This document shows, in pieces, positions 40,700 through 50,369 of a stretch of DNA of 64,000 nt (positions within the stretch are counted from its first letter, which is position 1; every line of letters starts with the position of its first letter). Source of the stretch: an uncultured Clostridia bacterium (GTDB taxonomy: Bacteria > Bacillota > Clostridia > TANB77 > CAG-508); NCBI GenBank assembly GCA_934149165.1, contig CAKPDY010000006.1:5095-69094 (forward strand), in the 5' to 3' direction. The translations under genes and the position numbers were made by a program. Below the pieces are notes generated by a model. The model was not told the DNA's origin and made no database searches. It was given only the letters and a program-made list of their open reading frames with translations.

Positions 40700-41143
40700 T
40701 TATTTAAATAATTTAAAAAACAAATTCGTAAACTTTTCCCATATACTTTTCTTTTTAACAATAAGCGACTGTTCTTGATTTAGTGCTACAACATTATTTG
40801 CACTTTTTTTGTTATTTTTAAATATATTTTCTTCGAATTTTTCATATTTTTTTAATTTTTCTTCTTCTTCTTTTTGTCTAAAGAATTTTTTTTCATTTTC
40901 ATCAGACAAATATTTTATATACATATATGATATAATTAGTTCTGTATTTTTTTGTATTTTTTGCATTTGTAACGGAACATACGGATTTATACTAGTAATA
41001 TATCCCTTTAATTTAGTTTGTTCCAAAAATGAAATCCATTTTCTAGGAATTTTTTTTCTTAAATTCTCATCTAAAAACATAATAATATCATATACTTCTG
41101 CATAACATTGTTGTTCCTGAATACTATAAATCTCTTTCATCAT
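40700..41143 (-). CDS. hypothetical protein, paralogue of 63245-63688
   Basis: The ORF overlaps the stop of the upstream amidoligase-like gene. GGAGG precedes the ATG at 41143. Shared pattern with the 147-aa ORF: Y.E....L.E..R..IP.K........Y...INP.......Q....T......L.Y......E.........Y....IFKN......VAL......W.K..N.F.K..K. Confidence 0.55.
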   Translation of the reverse strand: MMKEIYSIQEQQCYAEVYDIIMFLDENLRKKIPRKWISFLEQTKLKGYITSINPYVPLQMQKIQKNTELIISYMYIKYLSDENEKKFFRQKEEEEKLKKYEKFEENIFKNNKKSANNVVALNQEQSLIVKKKSIWEKFTNLFFKLFK

Positions 41144-42449
41144 CTCTTCCTCCATAGTCCATTACAATTTTATTAGGTTGTATTCCACTTCTCTCATCTT
41201 TATAAAACACTTTCACTTTTTCAAAAAAATTCTTAATATAGTTAGAAATATCTATACATCTATTTTTTAATGCTATATTTTTAATATCTTCTTTTTTGAA
41301 ACAACTTTTATCAAATTCCTTTATTTTACTATATAATGGATTATCTTTTACAGATTCATATCTATTCATATAAATTTTTCTATCTTCTTCATTTTCAAAT
41401 AACAAATTTAAGAACTTATTTGCTTTTTGTTCTTCAGTCTGATTTTTATCAAAGAATTCACTCAATTTTTTATCGTTTTTTCCAGGTTCATATGCCATTT
41501 CATATGCTATTTTGGAAAATGCTGAATCCAACAATATATTTTCTTTCCAAGTATCAATATCCAATGAACTATTATGCATTCTAAATTCATATGTATTAAG
41601 TTTGCCTCTTTTTTTTAATATATCTTCTCCCTTATCTAATAACCCTTTTTCAGTTAAATGTTGCATATTAATACCAGTTTCATGTTTAGTTAACACCTTT
41701 AATTTCCTGTTAAATTTAAATTTATTGCCATTATTAGTCTGTATAACACTTTTTATATAATCATTATTTTTTTTAACACCACTAATAGTCTTACCAATTG
41801 GATGAGCATATCCATTTTTATGTAATAAACTGTTTGATATATCCATAACACCATATAAACTTTTTTTTGTACCAGTTTTTATAGCATTTGGTAATTTATT
41901 CATAAATTTTGAATTTTCTTTTTCAGATATATCTGCAGCTTTTATTATTTCTGATGGAACAGAAAATAATATCTTTCTTATTCCATCAACTGGTGACAAT
42001 TTAACAGCACCAGCTCTTATTAAATCATTTTCTTTATTACACATTTTGTACATAAATACTTCTGACTCTTTCCATAATCTTAAAAAGTTTTCCATCATTT
42101 GTGGATTTTTTTTCATCATTGTTGCATCAAAATGAATATGTCCTCCACATTGTTCATTTACATATACTTTTCTTGTTTTATCATATGGGTTGTTTTTTAT
42201 AATATTTAAGACCTGTTCAAAGTTTTTATATAAATTTGGATTTTCATTTTCATTAAGTGGGGGTGATACAACTTCTATTCCGTTGTCTGTAACAGAATCA
42301 TCAAGTACAACCTTCCAACCTTTCAAATTTTCATCTTGTTGCAGTAGTTTTTTTATATCATGATAATTGCAATTTTGTGCCTCTATTTCACAACCAAACT
42401 TTATATATGGTGGTAAGTTCATTTTTTTAGTTTTATTACAAAAATTCAT
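41124..42449 (-). CDS. Amidoligase_2-like (glutamine-synthetase-fold) enzyme with a long C-terminal extension
   Basis: Ordered motifs FGCEIEA ... GWKVVLDDSV...GIEVVSPPL ... CGGHIHFD match the Pfam Amidoligase_2 pattern (GxExE / DxS..E.vSP / GxHvH) as I recall it. Confidence 0.55.
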   Translation of the reverse strand: MNFCNKTKKMNLPPYIKFGCEIEAQNCNYHDIKKLLQQDENLKGWKVVLDDSVTDNGIEVVSPPLNENENPNLYKNFEQVLNIIKNNPYDKTRKVYVNEQCGGHIHFDATMMKKNPQMMENFLRLWKESEVFMYKMCNKENDLIRAGAVKLSPVDGIRKILFSVPSEIIKAADISEKENSKFMNKLPNAIKTGTKKSLYGVMDISNSLLHKNGYAHPIGKTISGVKKNNDYIKSVIQTNNGNKFKFNRKLKVLTKHETGINMQHLTEKGLLDKGEDILKKRGKLNTYEFRMHNSSLDIDTWKENILLDSAFSKIAYEMAYEPGKNDKKLSEFFDKNQTEEQKANKFLNLLFENEEDRKIYMNRYESVKDNPLYSKIKEFDKSCFKKEDIKNIALKNRCIDISNYIKNFFEKVKVFYKDERSGIQPNKIVMDYGGRDDERDL

Positions 42450-42630
42450 TTAAAACTTCATTCCTTTCAAACAGAATACATTTATCTTAAATATATAAAT
42501 TATGTTTAATACTTACTATATAAATATTTTACCATTTTATAAATTCCAAGTCAAACAAAACCTAAAATCATTTTGCCTACTTTAATTTTACATTAACTTT
42601 ATTTATAATATCACAATTTTTCTGTTTTTA

Positions 42631-43878
42631 CTAATTTACCTCCCTCATTTGCTTAATCATCATATCTGCAAAAACAGCATATCCTTGTGTTGGATCATTA
42701 ACCAACACATGTGTAACAGCACCAACAAACCTTCCATTTTGAATAATTGGTGAACCACTCATTCCCTGAATAATACCACCAGTTTTTTCCAGAAGTTTCT
42801 TATCTGTTACCTTTATAAGCATACTTTTATTATCATAATTATTACTTGCATAAATCTTTTGAATTTCAATTTCATATTTTTCTTTTTTACCATTTTCTAA
42901 CTCTGATATAATATACGCTTTTCCTTCTTTAATTTCACTTCTTAAAGCAACCTCCATTTCTTCAAACGAAGATATATTTAAATTTTCCTTATTTGTTATA
43001 TTTCCACAAATTCCAAATAATCCGTTTTTATAAACATCACCAATTTTTAATCCTGTTTCAATTGTTCCCCTTACTTCTCCAGGACTTCCTTTTTCTCCCT
43101 TTTTTATAGCAACAATAGAACTTGTTGTTAATTCACCATTTGCAATATTTACAATTTCTCCTGTATCAATATCTGTTATTCCATGTCCCAATGCTGCAAA
43201 CATTCCTGTTGAAGGTTCATAAAATGTAGCAGTACCAACACCAGCTGCTGCATCACGAACCCATAATCCTAATTTATAATCTGCACTTGATGTTTTTATT
43301 GGTGTAATTGTAGTAGTAATTTCATTATTATTTCTTACATATATAATTTCTAATCTATCACCATTTGATTTATTAACATTTTTTATTAATTCATCTGTAT
43401 TTTTTATTGCAACATTGTTTACTTGAATAATCATATCACCTTCTTGAATTCCTGAATTTTCATATGGCTTATAACTAACATTATCTTCACCTTTAATTTC
43501 AGACATTCCAACTACTAAAACACCTTTTGTATATAATTTTAAACCCACCGAATTTCCTAATGGTATTACTCTTGTTCGTGGTATAACATTTACATCTATT
43601 TCTTTTAACGGAATTGTGCCAAATAAATCTAAACTAAGATTTATAGTTCCCACATTACCTGACACTTTTTCAGCCAAATTTGTTGATGTCTGCATTGCTA
43701 CATACTCATTAGTACTATCACTCTTTTCTTTTATTTTTAATCCATATATTGTTTTTATATTAAGTTCTTCACCTTGAAAAATTATAATATTATCAGGTAA
43801 AAGTGTTATATTACATATATAAATATATATTGTTAAAAAAAATAAAATTAATAAAACTGGTTTTAATTTAAATTTCAT
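42631..43878 (-). CDS. spoIVB: SpoIVB peptidase (S55) with PDZ domain
   Basis: Signal anchor, PDZ (GIQEGDMIIQVNNVAIKNTDEL) and catalytic region GIIQGMSGSPIIQNGRFVGAVTHVLVNDPTQGYAVFADMM. Confidence 0.9.
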   Translation of the reverse strand: MKFKLKPVLLILFFLTIYIYICNITLLPDNIIIFQGEELNIKTIYGLKIKEKSDSTNEYVAMQTSTNLAEKVSGNVGTINLSLDLFGTIPLKEIDVNVIPRTRVIPLGNSVGLKLYTKGVLVVGMSEIKGEDNVSYKPYENSGIQEGDMIIQVNNVAIKNTDELIKNVNKSNGDRLEIIYVRNNNEITTTITPIKTSSADYKLGLWVRDAAAGVGTATFYEPSTGMFAALGHGITDIDTGEIVNIANGELTTSSIVAIKKGEKGSPGEVRGTIETGLKIGDVYKNGLFGICGNITNKENLNISSFEEMEVALRSEIKEGKAYIISELENGKKEKYEIEIQKIYASNNYDNKSMLIKVTDKKLLEKTGGIIQGMSGSPIIQNGRFVGAVTHVLVNDPTQGYAVFADMMIKQMREVN

Positions 43879-43940
43879 AAAAATCACCTATACATAGATT
43901 ACCCAATTTTATTAATTTTACACAATTGTTTTACTTTAGT

Positions 43941-44366
43941 TTATCTTCTCATCATATATCTTCTTGTAAAATACGAATTATTTGTATTTCTATTACATCC
44001 ACAACCACTTATATTTGAATTTGAAGAATTATTGCATCCACAATCATCGTCATCATCATCATTGTTATTATTTGTATTTCCACATATACCACCATTTTTT
44101 AAATTGCTTCCATTTAGACATGGATTATCACTATTTCGTATTAAACAACATATAAATCTTACAATTAATGCTGTTATTAATGCTAGTAATGTATACAATA
44201 TTGCATAAACAAGAAAACTTTCATCAAATGCTGCAAAAGTTATAATTAGGAAAACAGCAAAAAATGTCGCTGCTACTAATATTGGGCTATTTAACAATTT
44301 TTGTAAAACAATAGCAAAAATTATAGTTGCAACAGGTATTGCAAAGAATATTAATAAAGTATTCAT
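43941..44366 (-). CDS. Small membrane protein with a poly-Asp / Cys-Gly-Cys-Asn tail
   Basis: Three predicted TM helices, then NNNNDDDDDDCGCNNSSNSNISGCGCNRNTNN. Confidence 0.5.
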   Translation of the reverse strand: MNTLLIFFAIPVATIIFAIVLQKLLNSPILVAATFFAVFLIITFAAFDESFLVYAILYTLLALITALIVRFICCLIRNSDNPCLNGSNLKNGGICGNTNNNNDDDDDDCGCNNSSNSNISGCGCNRNTNNSYFTRRYMMRR

Positions 44367-44520
44367 ACACATTTTTCTCCTATCTTTTTTTATATATAAT
44401 ATGATATTTTTTTTATTTGGTTACTTTTGCAATCATATGATGTTATGTTTAAAATAAAAAAAAGAAATAAAACACGATTTTGTCGTTTTCTACTTCTTTT
44501 TTAATCTTTATTTATATAAA

Positions 44521-44597
44521 TGGTAGCGAGAAGTGGATTCGAACCACCGACCTGCCGGGTATGAACCGGATGCTCTAGCCAACTGAGCTATCTCGCC
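44521..44597 (-). tRNA. tRNA-Met (anticodon CAU), elongator type
   Basis: The reverse complement GGCGAGATAGCTCAGTTGGCTAGAGCATCCGGTTCATACCCGGCAGGTCGGTGGTTCGAATCCACTTCTCGCTACCA folds as a cloverleaf. The anticodon loop TTCATAC resembles B. subtilis elongator tRNA-Met. CCA is encoded. A lysidine-modified tRNA-Ile2 cannot be excluded. Confidence 0.85.
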
Positions 44598-44616
44598 ATG
44601 TGTGTGAACAATAAAT

Positions 44617-44645
44617 ATTATAATGTTTTTTGATATATTTGTCAA
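44617..44645 (-). promoter_or_regulatory. Consensus sigma-A promoter for the tRNA (TTGACA-17-TATAAT)
   Basis: Minus strand: ttgaca (44640-44645), 17-nt spacer, tataat (44617-44622), about 20 nt upstream of the tRNA 5' end. Confidence 0.75.
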
Positions 44646-44774
44646 TAGGTATAAAGAATTTTTTTATTTAAAGAATTTTTTATTTAGCTTGTTAAGGAGT
44701 GTTACTAGTCAGCCTTAAAATAGCTTGGGCAAGTATCAACTAAGGATAACCAGTATAACTTACAGCTTAATAGC

Positions 44775-44818
44775 AAAAACACAGTATAAAATTTTAAAAT
44801 TCTATACTGTATTTTGTT
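44775..44818. terminator. Rho-independent terminator
   Basis: Stem acagtata/tatactgt with flanking A/T runs, downstream of the 104-aa ORF. Confidence 0.55.
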
Positions 44819-44841
44819 ATTCTAAAATTATATGAATATAC

Positions 44842-45156
44842 TTATTTAATTATCTCTTTATCTTCAATTTTAAACTTTTTACCTTTTATTCTCTTTTCTG
44901 GTCTTGTAACTTGTTCTTCAAGTTTTGATTTTAAAGATTTCTTTCTTTCATTTAATCCTTTTTCTGTTCTCAATATCTCATTTATTTTTTCTCTATCTTC
45001 ATTTGAAAATGTATCTTTTTTATTTACAACATCTTTCCAATTTTCAACTTCATCTAAACAATTTACAACATACTCATCTTTTTCTTTAAAAATAGCTAAC
45101 ATAGCTTGTTTTAAATAACTTAAAAAGGTAGTTCTTGTTTCTGTTTGATTTTCCAT
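44842..45156 (-). CDS. hypothetical protein (104 aa, highly charged)
   Basis: ORF only. It follows rpoD in the same orientation. Confidence 0.4.
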   Translation of the reverse strand: MENQTETRTTFLSYLKQAMLAIFKEKDEYVVNCLDEVENWKDVVNKKDTFSNEDREKINEILRTEKGLNERKKSLKSKLEEQVTRPEKRIKGKKFKIEDKEIIK

Positions 45157-45242
45157 CTATTCAACCTCCGATTTTCTATAAACCTAAACGTTATACTATA
45201 TATTAACATAAAATTCGTAAAAAATCAAGTACTTTAGCAAAA

Positions 45243-46583
45243 TTAATTCATATAATCTTTCAATTTTTTGCTTCTACTTGGATGTCTTAATTTTCTTAAT
45301 GCTTTTGCTTCAATTTGTCTAATTCTTTCACGAGTAACCATAAACTCTTTTCCTACTTCCTCAAGTGTTCTTGCTTTTCCATCTTCTAAACCAAATCTTA
45401 ATTTTAAAACTTTAGCTTCTCTTGGAGTTAACGTGTTCATAACTTCTTCTAATTGTTCTCTAAGTAGTGTATATGCAACAGAATCTTGTGGTGCAGGTGA
45501 ATCATCATCTTGTATAAAATCTCCTAAATGGCTATCATCTTCTTCTCCAATAGGTGTTTCTAATGATACAGGGTCTTGTGCAATTTTTTGAATTTCTAAT
45601 ACTTTCTCAACTGGTAGTTCCATTTCTTTAGAAATTTCCTCTGGTGTTGGTTCACGTCCTAATCTTTGTAATAAATCTCTTGATGTACGAATTAATTTAT
45701 TAATTGTTTCAACCATATGAACAGGAATTCTTATTGTTCTTGCTTGGTCAGCAATAGCTCTAGTTATTGCTTGTCTTATCCACCATGTTGCATACGTACT
45801 AAATTTGTATCCTTTTGTATAATCAAATTTTTCAACAGCTTTTATTAATCCCATATTTCCTTCTTGAATTAAATCTAAAAATAACATTCCTCTTCCAACA
45901 TATTTTTTTGCAATACTTACTACTAATCTTAAATTTGATTCAGCCAACTTTTGTTTTGCATCTTCATCACCTTCAAGAACTTTTTGTGCTAAATCTAATT
46001 CTTCTTCATAACTTAACAATGGAATTTTTCCTATTTCTCTTAAATACATTCTAACAGGGTCATCAACATTTATTCCTTCAAAATTAGTTACATCTATTTC
46101 TTCTAATTTTATTTCTTCAACATCTTCTAAGTCTTCAAAATTAGGTTCTTCTAGCTCTTCACTAAATACATTTACACCTATATTTTCAAAAGTATCAAAT
46201 ACTTCTTCTATTTGTTCAGTATTGGCATCTCCTAATTGTGTTGCTAATTCACCATAAGTAATTTTTCCATCTTTTTGTGCCTTTTTTATTATATTCATAA
46301 CTTTTTCTTTATCAAGTTCTGTTTTTTCTTTATTCTTTTCTTCATTTTTTTCTTCGTTCTTATTTATTCTTATTGTTATTTCTGAATATTCATCCACCTT
46401 TGTATTTGGTCTTATACTTTGACCTACAACTACTCCATTTTCTTTTTTATCATTATTTACATATTTAATTACTACATCTAAATTTTTTAATATTTGTTTT
46501 GCTTGCTCTTCTGTTTTACCAATAACATTTGGAATTTCAATTTTTTGTATTATTTCTATTTCATCATTTTCAGATTTTTTCAT
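45243..46583 (-). CDS. rpoD: Primary RNA polymerase sigma factor (sigma-70/SigA) with an N-terminal PASTA-like domain
   Basis: Regions 1.2-4 are near-identical in motif to SigA ([123 protein letters not shown]). AGGAGGT sits 7 nt before the ATG at 46583. aa 14-75 look like a PASTA domain. Confidence 0.95.
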   Translation of the reverse strand: MKKSENDEIEIIQKIEIPNVIGKTEEQAKQILKNLDVVIKYVNNDKKENGVVVGQSIRPNTKVDEYSEITIRINKNEEKNEEKNKEKTELDKEKVMNIIKKAQKDGKITYGELATQLGDANTEQIEEVFDTFENIGVNVFSEELEEPNFEDLEDVEEIKLEEIDVTNFEGINVDDPVRMYLREIGKIPLLSYEEELDLAQKVLEGDEDAKQKLAESNLRLVVSIAKKYVGRGMLFLDLIQEGNMGLIKAVEKFDYTKGYKFSTYATWWIRQAITRAIADQARTIRIPVHMVETINKLIRTSRDLLQRLGREPTPEEISKEMELPVEKVLEIQKIAQDPVSLETPIGEEDDSHLGDFIQDDDSPAPQDSVAYTLLREQLEEVMNTLTPREAKVLKLRFGLEDGKARTLEEVGKEFMVTRERIRQIEAKALRKLRHPSRSKKLKDYMN

Positions 46584-46595
46584 TAATTCTACCTC

Positions 46596-48404
46596 CTATT
46601 TTATTCTAGCCAATTTTATTATAACTTCACTTAGACTCTGCTCTAAACTAGCCCTTTCCTCCTTTGTTAAGTTATTTGTATTTTCAAGTGTTTGTACAAT
46701 TTCATTTCTAATTGAAATTAATTTATCTTTTTCATAATTATTTAATATATCATCTATACATTTATCTACTTCTACTATTTCAAAATCATATGCCATTACC
46801 CATGTTAAAAAATTTATTGTTTCTTCATCTTCAAATAAATCTAATACATTATTAATACTATTTCCTCTTTCTAATTCTTCATACAATTTTTTTATTATTT
46901 TCTTATTTCTTTCATTTTTTATATTTTCATAATTTATTTTATCTTTCAACTTATCATATGCTTCTTCTGGATAATTAATAAGAAGATATATTATAACATT
47001 TTCGTTTCTAGTAGTAGCATCATCATTTTGTTTTAATTTAGGTTTTATTTCCTGTTTTACAAATGGTGTTTTTTTCTGTAGTGCTTTTTCATTTTGATTT
47101 TTTCCATATATTAATTTGTTAATTTCTGCATATATTGCTTCTTTTGAAATTTTGTAATCTAGTGCTATTTTGTCAACATAAACTTCCTTTTCTATATTAC
47201 TCTTAATTTTGGCAAGCTCTTTTGCAATTTCATTTAAAAATTTAATTTTATCATTTGGCTGATTTAAGTCAAATTTGTTTTTTAATATTTTTATTTTAAA
47301 TTCTATAAGAGATATTGCACTATCCATACATTTTTGTAACCTTTCAGGTCCATATTTTAATATGAATTCATCAGGGTCTTTTGCACCTTCTATTTGCAAA
47401 ATTCTAACATCACACCCTAAATTTTGTAAAATTTCCAACCCCCTAAGTGTTGCAGCTTGTCCAGCTCCATCTGAATCATAACCAATTATTACTTGTCCAC
47501 TATTATTTCTTAATAATCTACCTTGAGCTTCTGTTAAAGCTGTTCCTAATGAAGCAACAGCATTTGTTATTCCTCTTTGATGAAGTGATATTGCATCCAT
47601 ATATCCTTCTACAATTAATATTTTATCTGTATTATGTTTTTTTGCTGCATATAATCCAAATAGATGTCTTCCTTTACTATAAACTATATTTTCTGAAGAA
47701 TTTATATATTTTGGCATTTTTATATTTTTTATTTTATTATCCTCTAATATTCTTCCACCAAATGCAATTACTCTTCCTCTTTCATCTTGTATAGGAAACA
47801 TCAATCTTTTTCTGAATCTATCAATATATTCCCCTTTTTCATTTTTATTTACCAAAGAAGATGCTAATATTTCTTCATTTGAAAAACCTTCTTTTTTTAA
47901 AGTTTGATATAATTCATTAAAATTTCCAGAATAACCTATCATAAAATTCTTTAACGTATTATTGTCAAGTTTTCTCTTTTTTATGTATTCTTGTGCCATT
48001 TTAGCTGTAGGTTTGTACAAATTTTCATGATAAAATTGTGCTGTCTTTTCATTTATTTCATATACTCTTGATTTTAAATACAAAACCTTGTTATCTTGAT
48101 CATTTTCTAATGTTGGCAAAGTTATATTTGCTCTATTTGCTAATGTTCTTACTGCTTCTTTAAACCCAATATTTTCAATTTTTCCTAAAAAATGAAATAC
48201 ATCTCCTCCAACTCCACAGCCAAAGCAATGGAATATTTGTTTTTCTGGTGATACAGCAAAAGATGGTGATTTTTCACTATGAAATGGACATAAGCCAAAA
48301 AAATTTCTCCCACTTTTTTTTAAATTAATATATTGAGAGATTATATCTACTATATCATTACTTTTCCTTATTTCATCTATAAGTTCATCACTATATCTTG
48401 CCAT
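46596..48404 (-). CDS. dnaG: DNA primase
   Basis: Zn-ribbon CPFHSEKSPSF.V......F.CFGCG.GG, Toprim domain (EGYMD....Q.G..N.VA..GTA), located upstream of rpoD. Confidence 0.95.
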   Translation of the reverse strand: MARYSDELIDEIRKSNDIVDIISQYINLKKSGRNFFGLCPFHSEKSPSFAVSPEKQIFHCFGCGVGGDVFHFLGKIENIGFKEAVRTLANRANITLPTLENDQDNKVLYLKSRVYEINEKTAQFYHENLYKPTAKMAQEYIKKRKLDNNTLKNFMIGYSGNFNELYQTLKKEGFSNEEILASSLVNKNEKGEYIDRFRKRLMFPIQDERGRVIAFGGRILEDNKIKNIKMPKYINSSENIVYSKGRHLFGLYAAKKHNTDKILIVEGYMDAISLHQRGITNAVASLGTALTEAQGRLLRNNSGQVIIGYDSDGAGQAATLRGLEILQNLGCDVRILQIEGAKDPDEFILKYGPERLQKCMDSAISLIEFKIKILKNKFDLNQPNDKIKFLNEIAKELAKIKSNIEKEVYVDKIALDYKISKEAIYAEINKLIYGKNQNEKALQKKTPFVKQEIKPKLKQNDDATTRNENVIIYLLINYPEEAYDKLKDKINYENIKNERNKKIIKKLYEELERGNSINNVLDLFEDEETINFLTWVMAYDFEIVEVDKCIDDILNNYEKDKLISIRNEIVQTLENTNNLTKEERASLEQSLSEVIIKLARIK

Positions 48405-48532
48405 TTTGGGTTCCTTTCTAAAAATTAATATAACTAATATTAATATTCGACGTATTTTTTGTAAATCCTTCTATATATTAACATAAATTTTTATTTATGT
48501 TAATATATAAAATAATTCTACTAAATATTAGA

Positions 48533-48562
48533 AAAAAGCGGAGATTATATTTTCCGCTTTTA
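48533..48562 (-). terminator. Rho-independent terminator downstream of the carD-like gene
   Basis: Minus strand: aagcgga-loop-tccgctt followed by tttttt. Confidence 0.7.
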
Positions 48563-48567
48563 TTTAA

Positions 48568-49146
48568 TCAATCTTGAGATGTTCCTGTACCATCAAATGG
48601 AATAAATTTACTAACTATATTATTATTGATACTTGTAGGAATACTTTCATGTAATCTGTTTTCTTTAAATGAAACTGTAATTTTATTATCAATAATTTTT
48701 TCTATTTCTGATTGTGATACATGTTCTGCTAAAACCAATTCACTTACTAATATTTGTTTAGCATTATTCAACATCTTTTTTTCTCCTGTAGATAGCCCTT
48801 TTTCTTTTTGTTTAAAGCTTAAATTTCTTACTACATCTGCAACTTCATATATATCTCCACTTTTCATTTTATCCATATTATCTCTATAACGTTTATTCCA
48901 ATTGTCTGACATTTCTGTTTCATCTTCTTCTAATATATTTAATACCTTTGAAACATCATCTTTATTTATAATATTTCTAACCCCTATTTCCTCTGCCTTT
49001 TCTGTTGGTACCATAACTTTAACTTCACCTGGCATTGAAATTATATAATAATCTTGTTCTTGATTTAGAATATTCTTCTTTTCTATTGCATGTATAGTCC
49101 CTGCTCCATGCATAGGATATACTATTTTATCACCTACATTAAACAT
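48568..49146 (-). CDS. CarD/CdnL-family transcription regulator
   Basis: MFNVGDKIVYPMHGAGTI.AIE.K.......YYI is the CarD N-terminal Tudor-like domain. AAGGAAG lies 8 nt before the ATG at 49146. Confidence 0.85.
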   Translation of the reverse strand: MFNVGDKIVYPMHGAGTIHAIEKKNILNQEQDYYIISMPGEVKVMVPTEKAEEIGVRNIINKDDVSKVLNILEEDETEMSDNWNKRYRDNMDKMKSGDIYEVADVVRNLSFKQKEKGLSTGEKKMLNNAKQILVSELVLAEHVSQSEIEKIIDNKITVSFKENRLHESIPTSINNNIVSKFIPFDGTGTSQD

Positions 49147-49230
49147 GTAAGACACTTCCTTTCATTAGCATTTTTATGAGTCAACAAAGGTTTATTTCTT
49201 CTTAACTACAATTATAATTATACTACAAAA

Positions 49231-49270
49231 AATGGTAAAAGTCAAAGACTTTTACCATTAATTTTTTATT
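49231..49270. terminator. Rho-independent terminator
   Basis: Stem aatggtaaaagtc/gacttttaccatt flanked by A/T runs. Confidence 0.7.
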
Positions 49271-49287
49271 TATATATACATAATATA

Positions 49288-50220
49288 TTAATTATGATTT
49301 TCTTCATTTTTTCCTTCTGGAAGTGCCGGTAATTCTAATACTATCTTTATTTTCATAAGATACCTTATTTTCCTAATAATTTTCATATTTTTTATTCTTT
49401 CCCATAAAGATGGTTTTACATTTATTCTAGTATCTTCATAATATTGTTCATTTTCCTCTTCAAGAGTATCTATTGTATTATTATTTTGTATTGTTTGGTT
49501 TATATCTTCATTACTATTATTTTCAGCATTATTTGTAGTATTATCTTGAACATTATTTTGAATAGAAGCATTTTCTTCTTGTTCTTGTACCTTTTCAACT
49601 GGAGCTGGTATTTCTTTTAATGCATCTGCTATTTCAATTCCTATATAACTTAATGCCTTAGATTTATCTTCTATTCTTTCCATATCTATTTCAATATGCA
49701 AATTTGATTCAAGATTTGCAATTTTTGTATGTATTACTTTTAATGCTTCTAAATAATTTGGTGTTTTATTATTTTTTGCTCTTCCCATTTGTCCCAATGT
49801 ATCTATTATATCTTCTGAAAAATCTGAAGACAACTCTTGAACACTTTTTTTCCAATCTGTATCTTTGCTTTCTACAGCCTTTAATGTTTTTCTTAATACT
49901 ACTGCTAATGATATATTTTTTTCTCTTTGTCTTATTAAATCTTCTATTAATTTTGTATTCTCTTCAAATTGGAATGTTGCAAATTCAACTAATTTATATG
50001 CTGCATTATACACATCCTTAGGGAAATTATCTTTTTCTGGATATTCAATTAAATATGTTTTTATAGATTCAATTAAATCCTTAAAATAGCTGTCTTCTTC
50101 TAGCTGAACAATACGTTTTTTGCTATTTGGATTAATCATTTTTTGTACTTTTTCTATATTAGCTAAAATCTTATCTTCAGTTATTACCATTTTTACGTTT
50201 ACTATGTCAGATTTAGACAT
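49288..50220 (-). CDS. hypothetical protein (310 aa, Asn/Glu-rich C-terminal region)
   Basis: ORF only, no motif recognised. Confidence 0.45.
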   Translation of the reverse strand: MSKSDIVNVKMVITEDKILANIEKVQKMINPNSKKRIVQLEEDSYFKDLIESIKTYLIEYPEKDNFPKDVYNAAYKLVEFATFQFEENTKLIEDLIRQREKNISLAVVLRKTLKAVESKDTDWKKSVQELSSDFSEDIIDTLGQMGRAKNNKTPNYLEALKVIHTKIANLESNLHIEIDMERIEDKSKALSYIGIEIADALKEIPAPVEKVQEQEENASIQNNVQDNTTNNAENNSNEDINQTIQNNNTIDTLEEENEQYYEDTRINVKPSLWERIKNMKIIRKIRYLMKIKIVLELPALPEGKNEENHN

Positions 50221-50369
50221 TGTAAATTTCCCTCCTTTTTATCATAAGTATATTTTCTTATAATAATATTATACACCATTCTTTGGTTTTCTACAATATT
50301 ATTTATTTTTCTTTTTTGTAACATTTTTGTTACAAAAATGTTACAATTGTAATATTTTTGTACTGTTTA

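Noticed and set aside
44646-44774. Slightly GC-richer stretch upstream of the tRNA-Met promoter (gcttgttaaggagtgttactagtcagccttaaaatagcttggg...), considered as a small ncRNA.
   Set aside because: It has only one short hairpin (ttaagg/ccttaa), no promoter or terminator of its own, and no match to any RNA family I recognise (SRP, 6S, tmRNA, RNase P motifs are absent).
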